DNA from: Candidatus Poribacteria bacterium
GTDB taxonomy: Bacteria > Poribacteria > WGA-4E > UBA9662
Direction: 5' to 3'
Assembly (NCBI GenBank): GCA_036339735.1
Contig: JAYZAL010000036.1
Coordinates: forward strand, 32,001 to 96,000
DNA length: 64,000 bases
The position numbers and the translations under genes are program-made. This document shows positions 41,021 to 50,092 of the stretch, piece by piece (within the stretch, counting starts at the first letter, position 1; each line of letters begins with the position of its first letter). The notes under the pieces were generated by a model. That model did not search any database. It was not told where the DNA came from and worked only from the letters and a program-made list of their open reading frames with translations.

Positions 41021-42189
41021 AGTTGGGTTACACAATTTGGAGCGACTATCACTATACACATTTCCTGGAAATATTACCAAAATTAAAAGAAATAGGTGTA
41101 ACAACTGTTGCCATAGTTCCCCAATATTTGCTAGATAGAGATGATCGAGCGAGACTTATTGAGATTTACTTGCCAATTCGAGATACTGTATCTGCTATCA
41201 GAGATACTGGATTTGAATTGATGGTCAAACCTCATTTCGTTCCACGAGATTCTAGTGGAAAAATGCCTTCTAATTGGCAGGGCTGGGTTGGTACTGTGAA
41301 AATGAATTCCTGGGAGCTGTTGATGGGGAGAATTAGACTAGAACTCGAAAGTTTGGCCAAAGATTATCAGCCGGAATACCTTTGCCTTGGCAGTGATCTA
41401 ATTGGAACACATCGCAATCGTATACAGTGGCAAGATATTATTACTAGCCTAACCACATTCAACACATCATTAGTTTATGGTAATACTTTTTGGCAGCCGT
41501 TACTACAACGTTTTCGTTGGCGCTTATTTTGGTCGGTCTTGTTTGGTAGCTATAACCGAGTTTTAAATTTGGCGTTGCCAACTAGGCGTTTTATTGTTCC
41601 AGATGATCAACAAACCGATGTTGGTCGTTCGATATACCGCAGCGGGTTTCGATTTTCTCTAGATGCAGTCGGTCTTAATTTGTATTGGCCACCGGAAGAT
41701 AACAAGTATGATGATATTGAAGAAATTTGGTTTAATTATCAACAAAATGGGTTAGAAATCAATTATGTAGAGGCTACCGAAAACTGGCAAGGAGATAATC
41801 CTTTATGGATTACCGAATGCGATTTAGTCGGTCCTCATAGATCCGATATACAATATTACCAGAAGTGGTGGGAAGCTTGTGTCTCAGTCTGGGGAGGTCG
41901 TTGTGAGCTAATCATGTGTCATGAGCAAGGACCTCCACAGTGGATTGAAATGGCAAGGTCAAGTCCGTTTATTATCCAAGAAATCAAAAATTGGCAACAA
42001 GAAAAGAAAAAAAGTGAATCCGAAATGGTTTCAGGACTAGTGCCTAACTGGCAACAGAATTATGAATTATCATCACGTTCAACAAAACGTGATCGGGTAA
42101 ATACTAATAATATTCCATTAGAAGAGCAGGGGACGGCTGACTTTCAAGCCGCAATAGCTCGAATAGATCAGGAGGAGAATCGTGCCTAA
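41017..42189 (+). CDS. Putative TIM-barrel glycoside hydrolase-like protein (GH113/clan A-like)
   Basis: LKEIGVTTVAIV, G..LMVKPH, LCLGSD, DAVGLNLY.P, PLWITE; ATGA overlap with murF. Confidence 0.5.
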   Translation: MKLGYTIWSDYHYTHFLEILPKLKEIGVTTVAIVPQYLLDRDDRARLIEIYLPIRDTVSAIRDTGFELMVKPHFVPRDSSGKMPSNWQGWVGTVKMNSWELLMGRIRLELESLAKDYQPEYLCLGSDLIGTHRNRIQWQDIITSLTTFNTSLVYGNTFWQPLLQRFRWRLFWSVLFGSYNRVLNLALPTRRFIVPDDQQTDVGRSIYRSGFRFSLDAVGLNLYWPPEDNKYDDIEEIWFNYQQNGLEINYVEATENWQGDNPLWITECDLVGPHRSDIQYYQKWWEACVSVWGGRCELIMCHEQGPPQWIEMARSSPFIIQEIKNWQQEKKKSESEMVSGLVPNWQQNYELSSRSTKRDRVNTNNIPLEEQGTADFQAAIARIDQEENRA

Positions 42190-43018
42190 AGGAGTTATTA
42201 AATACTATAACGAAGAAAAAGGGTACGGATTTATCGCACAGGAAGGAGGAGGCGCGGATGTATTCATGCATAGTTCCTCAATCACTGGCCCCTATGATCA
42301 ACCAAGAGTTGGTCAAAGGGTACGATTCAACATAAAGGAAGGAAAAAAAGGACTAGTCGGTCATGATATCGAGCTACTGCTAACGGCCATAGAAAAGCGA
42401 TGGCTCAGTCAGGGTAAAAATCTGATTCCTCGAGAAAGTGTTTTAAATCAGCAAAATGTCACCACTAATATTTTTCAGCAGTGGATCGATGACGACAATA
42501 GTTCCGGCTCCGATCGTGGGAAAAATGACTTTGGGACTCTTTATATTGAAAAACAGATTCGTTACGAAGTACCTATGTTTTTTGCTACATATCAGCAGGA
42601 ATTATTTGGTGCTACGATTTTGAATTTTACGCGTAATCCAAAAGATATAGAATCAGTATTTGTGTTAGATGTTAACGGAAAGCGTAGGGAATATACTAAG
42701 CAACAGATCAAGTACTACTACAAAGCCGAAGATGCTCAGTTAATCGAGAAACTGCGAGTATTCGAGAAAGACATCCAGGCAAACCCCGTTTCTATTCCTA
42801 TTGGTAACTTGGAAGATATTATTCCTTTTGACCCTAAAGATCTACAAGAAGCCCGCCGAGGAGTTATACCAATTAAAATAGTTTTGAGAGAAGGCGAAAT
42901 TTTTCAAGGCCAGATTGATTGGGTCAGTGGAGCAGAAATTAAATTGGTCTTACAAAATGGATCCAAGATTGTGGCCTGCCAAGTCGCCATCCACGAGATC
43001 GATATTCTGATGCCATAA
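42182..43018 (+). CDS. Cold-shock domain protein with C-terminal Sm/Hfq-like domain(s)
   Basis: KGYGFI (RNP1) and VFMH (RNP2); C-terminus resembles the Hfq Sm fold; AGGAG RBS. Confidence 0.75.
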   Translation: MPKGVIKYYNEEKGYGFIAQEGGGADVFMHSSSITGPYDQPRVGQRVRFNIKEGKKGLVGHDIELLLTAIEKRWLSQGKNLIPRESVLNQQNVTTNIFQQWIDDDNSSGSDRGKNDFGTLYIEKQIRYEVPMFFATYQQELFGATILNFTRNPKDIESVFVLDVNGKRREYTKQQIKYYYKAEDAQLIEKLRVFEKDIQANPVSIPIGNLEDIIPFDPKDLQEARRGVIPIKIVLREGEIFQGQIDWVSGAEIKLVLQNGSKIVACQVAIHEIDILMP

Positions 43019-43033
43019 ATTGAATTCTAAATA

Positions 43034-43621
43034 ATGGACTCATATCTTAACTTAATCGCTAACATTGGCGACGAAACCCGAGCTTTGGCTGACCAAGCCG
43101 GTAGTCTTCCATGTCCGACAAATTGTTTTGATTGTTGTCGGAATACGGCTACAATGTCAATCAGTCTTGTTGAAGCAAAACATCTGGGTATTGGATTAAA
43201 GACACTACCTCACCCAATACAGGAGCATGTGCAAAAAAAAGCAGAACGTACAATCAACAAGATTGAAAAAGAAGGCTATTCCGAAGAAGAGGTGGTAATA
43301 GCTGGCACGGAGGCTGCTGAAACAATAAAGGGGCATGTAGAATCAGAATGCCCAATGTTGCTTGGTGGTGTTTGTATCATCTACGACTATCGACCGATTA
43401 TATGTCGCGTTTGGGGGTATCCAATTCAAAACAACTTGGAGATATCCTGTTGCAAGAAAACTTTTCTTGATTCTGAGGCCACATATAAGCCACTACCCTA
43501 TGACCAACACTGGAATGACTGCAAGAAGCTAAGTGGCCCCCTCAAATCAAAGCAAAAAGAGGACGCCGCTCACCGTATCCCTATCTGCTACTTTGTACAG
43601 AATCTTTTAAAGAGCGGCTAA
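43034..43621 (+). CDS. YkgJ/CxxCxxCC family cysteine cluster protein
   Basis: CPTNCFDCC, CPML..CIIYDYRPIICR. Confidence 0.85.
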   Translation: MDSYLNLIANIGDETRALADQAGSLPCPTNCFDCCRNTATMSISLVEAKHLGIGLKTLPHPIQEHVQKKAERTINKIEKEGYSEEEVVIAGTEAAETIKGHVESECPMLLGGVCIIYDYRPIICRVWGYPIQNNLEISCCKKTFLDSEATYKPLPYDQHWNDCKKLSGPLKSKQKEDAAHRIPICYFVQNLLKSG

Positions 43622-43657
43622 AATTTGATGAGAGCTTACTTCCTGCTACACATAATA

Positions 43658-43711
43658 AAAACCGGTTAAACTCAAGTTTCTCGAAGTCAACAAACTTGAG
43701 TTAGCCGGTTT
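43658..43711. terminator. Hairpin between convergent genes, probable bidirectional terminator
   Basis: AAACCGGTTAAACTCAAGTTT ... AAACTTGAGTTAGCCGGTTT imperfect inverted repeat. Confidence 0.6.
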
Positions 43712-43724
43712 CAGCGATTCTATC

Positions 43725-43985
43725 TTATTGGAAAAAGTCGGCATTCATCTTTGTATATTGTTCCCATTCATCCGGTACATCATCCTCGGCGAAGATAGCT
43801 TCTACAGGACATTCAGGTTCGCAGACTCCACAGTCAATACATTCCTCTGGATCAATATACAGCATCTTCTCAACATCAAATAACTCAGGAAAATCGCTGG
43901 TAGGATGGATGCAATCAACAGGGCACACGTCGACACAAGCAGTGTCTTTCACATCCACACAAGGCTCACAAATGACATAAGTCAT
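43725..43985 (-). CDS. fdxA: FdxA-type (7Fe/dicluster) ferredoxin
   Basis: MTYVICEPC..KDTACVDVCPVDCIH, IDPEECIDCGVCEPECPVEAIF; AGGAG RBS supports ATG 43985. Confidence 0.9.
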   Translation of the reverse strand: MTYVICEPCVDVKDTACVDVCPVDCIHPTSDFPELFDVEKMLYIDPEECIDCGVCEPECPVEAIFAEDDVPDEWEQYTKMNADFFQ

Positions 43986-44105
43986 GGTTTCAAATCTCCT
44001 ATTTCTTCTACTACTATCACAACAGACTGCCGATATTCTCAATCGCACACAACCACCAATGGTATCAAATGCTATTCACAATCTGCAAGGGAAATCACGC
44101 GTAAA

Positions 44106-46904
44106 TCAAAGTTCTGGTACTAAGCTAGGATGGTAGCCAAAGACATTTTGTCCATTGATTGTTAGAGGTACAAACTCTACTTGATCAACAGAGTTCCCCG
44201 GCCAAGTAGCTAGCCACAATTGACCATTATTTTCATAGATCAACCCGGAACCATTAGGCAACCAAACGGGTGATTTACCTCCATTCTGAGTTAGCTGGTT
44301 TTCATTTGGCTGTCCGTAGTCGTCAAACTCGATAAGCCAGATCTGTTGACGACCATTTTCTAAACGGCAGAAGGCCAACCTCCGCATATCAACAGGCGAC
44401 CACACCGGTGTAGTATCATCATTTGGTCCAACGCTAATTGAATCAATTCGATTTGACTTCAAATCATAACTATATATATTACGCGTGGCTTTTCCGGTAT
44501 CATCTTTGCTGCCGATTTCTCCTGTACCAACATAGGCAAGTAACTTACTTGTTATATTCCAAGATGGCATTCCCATTTCTAGAGCCACAGAAGGCACTGA
44601 AATTTCGTAATCGGATTCGATATCTCGAATAAAAATCCGAGCTCTGTCAGTTAATTGTCGAGCGAACGCAACTTTCTTGCCATCAGGGGAGACTGTAGCG
44701 TCGGTAGCAAAATCACGCCTATTTAAGAATACCGAAGCTTTTTTACCTTTTTTTGAAATCATTACTTCACCTTGATCATTTTGATATATTAACTGACCAT
44801 TTAGTGATGTTGATGGTGAGTTGCCAAGACCAATCGGTTGATGAGAGCCTTCTGGTGAATAAGCCCAAATCACACCATCATAGCTATAGAAAAGATGAGT
44901 ACCAATTTGTGTTAGCCTTCCCGCACTTATTTTGGATTGTTGTGTTTTTTCTGCAATAGGCTGAGCTTTAAATTTTTTTTCATCCTTAAGCTCCCAACCT
45001 AGGCGTGTTGACTCAAAAACAAACCCGATCCCCCGTTTCCAGTACCACCATTCTTCCATCAACCTACTTCCACGTTTTATTTGGTATACGTCATCTGGCT
45101 GGCCATGCTGTATTCGAATTTCAGGCCGGTGTCCTACCTCAACTTCGGTAATGTTACCTAGCTGATCGGTGAAAATAGCAGCAATCTGAATATCAATGTT
45201 AGTGATAATTTGATCTTTGTAAACGGAAACCATTTGAGGTTTACCACGGACGGGCCGCCTGGTACCAAAAACTCCGACACCATCGTTGATACCGGCTTTA
45301 CGATCCCCATTGAGATCAATCACTGCCATTACATAGTAATCCTCTGGCATTAACGGAATTTTATAATAACCATCAGATCCAACATCAATTGGAATCGCAA
45401 TGGCCTGTGAAAAATCGTCTGTTTTTGAGACCGAAATAATAACTTCCCTATATTTAGTTGTTTCCACTGAATATATATCATTCGTCAAGATTCGACCAGA
45501 AATACCATTTGGAATAGAATCCAAATTTGTAGGAACAGTAGGGATTTCAGCCATGGGTATGAGCTGACCATCAGCTCCATAAGTAGCGGTGAGAAGAATT
45601 TGTAGGTTATTTAGCTGTTCAGTGGAGTCTACATTTGGCAGAGTTAACGCTTGTGGTGGATCATTGACTAGGTCGAGAGTGCCGTAACCACCCACCAAGT
45701 CCCCTGTACTATATGTACCATCTTGATCAACATCAACACTGGCAAGTAGATAATACACATGGTCAGAAGGAAAAGAGAAAGAAAAGCTGCCATCTGCTCG
45801 GACTTCAGACACAGCCACAGCACTCAGTAAAGCGGGTGATGTGTACGCTAATACCAGAGCTTTCTCAATTTCTTGCTTCAATCCGATTATTTTTCCACTT
45901 ACAGATATCATACTATCCGAAGCGGTTTGACCTGATAGCAGACGGGCTTTGATGGGGGTTATTCGTCCATTTTTTGATTTTCGACCCGAAATTTCAACAG
46001 TGACTCCTTCCATAAATTGATTGGGATCAATAAAAACAGGCGTAGGAAAATCCGAACGCAAATTTTGGATACCAAACGCTCCCACATAGTCACCAGTATC
46101 AAATCTATTATTCTGATTCTTATCTATAATAGCCATCAAGTAGTACTTTCCCCTCTGGATATTTAGTTTGAATTGTCCATCGTTACTAGCTTTAGTCTGG
46201 GCGACTTTGTAATTCCAGCTAGCATCAGAATAAGCCATTACTAGTGCGTTCTCGAACAAAATATGAGGGAGTCCATCTCCCCAGCTTAGTTGCCCAGAAA
46301 CACCGGAAGAGATTAGCTCCAGCTGAGATTGAAACATTTGCGACTTAGAAGGTTGGTAAGAATTGACTGGCACCATCTTTTGTTTACCGTTCAGATCAGC
46401 TAACCGAGCGGTGATCTCAATTTTTATATTCTCTACGATTTGTCCACTACTGATTTCAACAATACGTTTTTCTTGTGCTGAATCTGCCCAGTCATTTACT
46501 CCGTAAATTCCCATACCATCACCGAAATCAAAAACAGCAGTTTGATTAACATCGACGAAAGCAACAACATAGTAACTACCCGTCTCTACTAATACTTCAA
46601 AAAAACCATCTTTGAGCTGTACAACACTTGTGTAGGCGATCTTCAACTGTTCATCCACATATAACTGAACGGTTGTATGTGTTAAGTCACTTCCTGGCCA
46701 TACCACTCGACCTCGGATTTTAGCAGTTGCTTTTTCTTTAAACTCTTGTTGTCGTTCTTGTGTTTCTAAATCAATTGTTGGGTTAGTAGCACTAGCGTTA
46801 TTAACTAGAATGCCGAGGATTACAAATAAAAATAGCAAACTTTCGGAAAGGAAAGATAGTTCAAATATGAAGGCCCTATCGAAAGTAGATTGAGAACATA
46901 ACAT
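44106..46904 (-). CDS. Exported protein with four DxN/DxD-loop beta-sandwich repeats and a C-terminal TolB/PD40 propeller
   Basis: Four YY..A..D.N/D......GD..G.YG-type units; SPDGKKVAF, PVWSP, SPVWLPNG. Confidence 0.65.
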   Translation of the reverse strand: MLCSQSTFDRAFIFELSFLSESLLFLFVILGILVNNASATNPTIDLETQERQQEFKEKATAKIRGRVVWPGSDLTHTTVQLYVDEQLKIAYTSVVQLKDGFFEVLVETGSYYVVAFVDVNQTAVFDFGDGMGIYGVNDWADSAQEKRIVEISSGQIVENIKIEITARLADLNGKQKMVPVNSYQPSKSQMFQSQLELISSGVSGQLSWGDGLPHILFENALVMAYSDASWNYKVAQTKASNDGQFKLNIQRGKYYLMAIIDKNQNNRFDTGDYVGAFGIQNLRSDFPTPVFIDPNQFMEGVTVEISGRKSKNGRITPIKARLLSGQTASDSMISVSGKIIGLKQEIEKALVLAYTSPALLSAVAVSEVRADGSFSFSFPSDHVYYLLASVDVDQDGTYSTGDLVGGYGTLDLVNDPPQALTLPNVDSTEQLNNLQILLTATYGADGQLIPMAEIPTVPTNLDSIPNGISGRILTNDIYSVETTKYREVIISVSKTDDFSQAIAIPIDVGSDGYYKIPLMPEDYYVMAVIDLNGDRKAGINDGVGVFGTRRPVRGKPQMVSVYKDQIITNIDIQIAAIFTDQLGNITEVEVGHRPEIRIQHGQPDDVYQIKRGSRLMEEWWYWKRGIGFVFESTRLGWELKDEKKFKAQPIAEKTQQSKISAGRLTQIGTHLFYSYDGVIWAYSPEGSHQPIGLGNSPSTSLNGQLIYQNDQGEVMISKKGKKASVFLNRRDFATDATVSPDGKKVAFARQLTDRARIFIRDIESDYEISVPSVALEMGMPSWNITSKLLAYVGTGEIGSKDDTGKATRNIYSYDLKSNRIDSISVGPNDDTTPVWSPVDMRRLAFCRLENGRQQIWLIEFDDYGQPNENQLTQNGGKSPVWLPNGSGLIYENNGQLWLATWPGNSVDQVEFVPLTINGQNVFGYHPSLVPEL

Positions 46905-46920
46905 GGATGGAGACTAAACT

Positions 46921-47325
46921 CTACTTTTTACCACTGGAATATGCGTTCCCCAAATCGTTCGGGTAATTAGTGTTATTCGAAAGTGATTGTGAGAGGTTAA
47001 AGTTGGAAATGGCGTTAGTAGCTTCGCTGACTGCACGATTCTTTTCGGCATCCGATTCAACTAAGTGTAGTAGATGATCGGCCCTTATAAAATCCGTCGT
47101 GTCAACTTCATCTTTATTTCCCGTAAAGATTAGTTTAAATGTGAGATCAGGAGCTAACTCTTTGGCAGTTTTAAGCGCTTCTTCAGCCCGATCACGTGAT
47201 GCTGATTTTGCTATCAAGGAACCCGACACCGGTACATTATCATTTTCGTCCCATTTCCTCACCCACACAATTAACCAGCTATCAGGAAACTGTGATTGTA
47301 AACTGGATACGTCTATTTCTTTCAT
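46921..47325 (-). CDS. Hypothetical protein
   Basis: 134-aa ORF with GAGGTG RBS before ATG 47325, co-oriented with the next gene. Confidence 0.6.
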   Translation of the reverse strand: MKEIDVSSLQSQFPDSWLIVWVRKWDENDNVPVSGSLIAKSASRDRAEEALKTAKELAPDLTFKLIFTGNKDEVDTTDFIRADHLLHLVESDAEKNRAVSEATNAISNFNLSQSLSNNTNYPNDLGNAYSSGKK

Positions 47326-47766
47326 AAACACCTCAATGTACCAAAAACCGACACAATTGTATCATAATAAGAAAAATATCGGCAAGCTAGGTGATACAAA
47401 ACAAAAAACGAACAAGTAAAAGCTACTATATTTGTTAGGATGTCTAGCCATTATATGGCTTAATTATTCTTTGGGCTTCCAAATTATAAAAATAATACGC
47501 TTGACCTAAATGCTGCAAGGAGAAATCTAGCTTTCTTACAGCAACGCTAGAACTACAAATTCATTATGAGCTTCTTCCTTAGACTTTGATTTTGGGTTTA
47601 ATAATTGACCAAGAAGTGCTATTTGTTTATTGAATTGGGGACGAAGGTTTACAGCAAAATTCAGTTGAAAATTATGTACCAAGTCAAGTTTCAAATACTG
47701 AGACTAGCATAACCTATTGAATACAATAATCTGCATATAATCGTGGACATTTAAGCCAAGTTATCA

Positions 47767-48963
47767 TCAGTTGCCACTTAACGCCAATATCAAATCTCCC
47801 AATTTGGCCGATTGTTTTTCCCAGCTATATTGTTTCATGAAATCAGCAGCTCGGTCGCCAATCCGTACTAGAGAATCTCGATTGTTATATGCAAATATCA
47901 GGTGATCTATGATCTCATCAATTTGACTTTCTCCCCATCCATCGGTACCAACATTGAAATAATTAACGGGCTTTTGGTCTTTTAAAATCAAGCAATTATC
48001 ATCTTGGACCAGATCGAGATGGCCTGTATTACCAGATAAGATGACTGGTATTCCACATGCCATACATTCCATTGCAACTAAATTAGTTCCCCCCTCAGCC
48101 CGATTAGGAAACAATGCTAAATCCATTTGTCGAATTGTATTGGCAATTTGGTTGTTGGGAACTAAACCAAGGTCCATGAAGTTTTGAGGAGGAATACCAT
48201 TTTGGACCAACCAATCAGATACGTTGACTTTACCATTCTGGTCATAAACAATCGGCGTATTAATACCAGAGTGGTCTAACTCTTGGGCTAAATTCTGCCA
48301 AGGGCTGTGCCATGCGGTTACTAAAACTGCGTCAGGATACATCTCAACAAATCGACTAAACGCTTTTACTACCAAATCTTGCCCTTTTCTAAATTCTAAT
48401 TTCCCACCCGAAAAAACCAAAAACCGATCTGGTATCGATGAACCTCTATTTTCTGCATGAAATATGGTATGGTCGACACCTTGCATAATTGTGGTAACAT
48501 TTTGGCAGCCGTTGCCTTCTAACACGCTCTGATTCCAAGTTGAACCTGTAATGATTAATCGATATAAGTTAGCTCGCTGAAAAGCGTCTAATGTTAGATT
48601 AGTGTCCTCAAAAAAAACGACTCCTGCTAGACAGGAGCTAAGTAACATTTGTTGATTGAAAGATGAGTTCGTTTTTAAACCATTAGCCAAGGCGTGAACC
48701 ACTGGGAAATCCAGGTTTAGGCTTTGACCCGCTGGCTGTTGAAGTAATTGGCGTTCTAATTCAACAGTTGCTTGGTGCAAGGAATGAAATTCTGCCCGAC
48801 GGATTGGGTCCAGACGAATAAGTTCCATTTGAAAAGCTTGAGAAAAAATTGGAAACAGTCGACCTTCTCGAAGCCAATTAAGTGCTAGATTGATCCCATA
48901 GACCCCCCAGCCATGTACACTCGAAGGTTGCCAGTTTAAAATACAAGAAATCGGATTAGTCAT
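47767..48963 (-). CDS. Glycosyltransferase family 4
   Basis: GKLEFRKGQD, FPNRAEGGTNLVAMECMACGIPVI (EX7E-like), YSWE. Confidence 0.85.
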   Translation of the reverse strand: MTNPISCILNWQPSSVHGWGVYGINLALNWLREGRLFPIFSQAFQMELIRLDPIRRAEFHSLHQATVELERQLLQQPAGQSLNLDFPVVHALANGLKTNSSFNQQMLLSSCLAGVVFFEDTNLTLDAFQRANLYRLIITGSTWNQSVLEGNGCQNVTTIMQGVDHTIFHAENRGSSIPDRFLVFSGGKLEFRKGQDLVVKAFSRFVEMYPDAVLVTAWHSPWQNLAQELDHSGINTPIVYDQNGKVNVSDWLVQNGIPPQNFMDLGLVPNNQIANTIRQMDLALFPNRAEGGTNLVAMECMACGIPVILSGNTGHLDLVQDDNCLILKDQKPVNYFNVGTDGWGESQIDEIIDHLIFAYNNRDSLVRIGDRAADFMKQYSWEKQSAKLGDLILALSGN

Positions 48964-48996
48964 ATTAGTTGGACAGGGTTGCTTAATCGGCCATGT

Positions 48997-50067
48997 TTAT
49001 AGCTTCGGGTAATCAGGTACATCCTTGTAATTCTTCCAACTCTCTTTATAAATTTTCCATACACCATCACTAGTATCAATTGCTAGAATCAGAGTTTTAG
49101 TACCAAAATCGCGGTATGCAGGCCTATTTCCAGACGCTGGTGTATAGGCTTTGTATGTCTGCAAAAAGCCTACATCCGCGACCGCTGTGTCTCCATTGAT
49201 TTGTAAATTCGAAATCAAAACCTCAATTTTGCTATATCGCTTGTTAAGTCTTTGCATTCCTTGACGTAATTGTCTTTTGTCGAGAACTCGCTTTTTTTCC
49301 ATATCTTCTCTACCATTTACAACAGTCACCCTAGTGATCCTAGCTTCGTCTGCATACTGATTCATGTAGGTTTCTACATCCTTATTTTGCCATGATTTTT
49401 GCCAAAGTCCCAAAACTTGCCTGATTTTGAGTTGAGTGTCAACAGGTGAATCATTTGATAATCCAGAAGTTGCCTCTTGCACAATTACAGAACTATCTTG
49501 TACTGTTTTATTAGAGGTCTCAACCGCTACGGATGTCTCACTGCTTTGTGGAAACTCTTGCCGATCTCTCAATTCGAAATCGCTTACGAGATACCATTGT
49601 TTCCGAATACCCTTCTGAGTAATAACCAAATCACGATAGGTTCTCATCAACATTTGCCCACCTTTGAACAATCCAAGTGGTATTGAGTCAATGTTATACT
49701 TTTCTTTATTTCGTGGGTCCACGCGGTGAGAAATATTCTCGATCTGAACCGAAACTTCATCATAAGGACGAATACGTTTGATTGCTTCTCGGTACTGCGA
49801 TTTTGCTTTTTCATCATTTCGTAGGACTGTTGGATCCCATAAATTTTGGAATTTTTGTTCACTCTTAGATTCAACAGCATCTTTATATCGCTTGGCAAAT
49901 TGCTCAATAGTTTCCGCTTTACCAACAAAGTTCGCAGCAATTACAGACACAAAAATAATGCCTAAACACCCCCCAACAGCAAGGACTATTTGACGCTTTT
50001 TGATAATTCGACGAATCTTACCTAGTAATGTATTCCCATGCCAGTTATTTTGGTTTTGATTATTCAT
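48997..50067 (-). CDS. Membrane-anchored protein with tandem NTF2-like (Cds6-C/SnoaL-like) domains
   Basis: TM helix; WQKSWQNKDVETYMNQY, GTKTLIL..WKIYKESW; likely start ATG 50067. Confidence 0.6.
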   Translation of the reverse strand: MNNQNQNNWHGNTLLGKIRRIIKKRQIVLAVGGCLGIIFVSVIAANFVGKAETIEQFAKRYKDAVESKSEQKFQNLWDPTVLRNDEKAKSQYREAIKRIRPYDEVSVQIENISHRVDPRNKEKYNIDSIPLGLFKGGQMLMRTYRDLVITQKGIRKQWYLVSDFELRDRQEFPQSSETSVAVETSNKTVQDSSVIVQEATSGLSNDSPVDTQLKIRQVLGLWQKSWQNKDVETYMNQYADEARITRVTVVNGREDMEKKRVLDKRQLRQGMQRLNKRYSKIEVLISNLQINGDTAVADVGFLQTYKAYTPASGNRPAYRDFGTKTLILAIDTSDGVWKIYKESWKNYKDVPDYPKL

Positions 50068-50092
50068 AACCCACCTCTGCTGTGTTTGCCAT

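Noticed and set aside
43669-43701. ACTCAAG...CTTGAGT resembling an HspR HAIR site
   Set aside because: Half-sites are in reverse order with wrong spacing and lie between convergent 3' ends; better explained as a terminator
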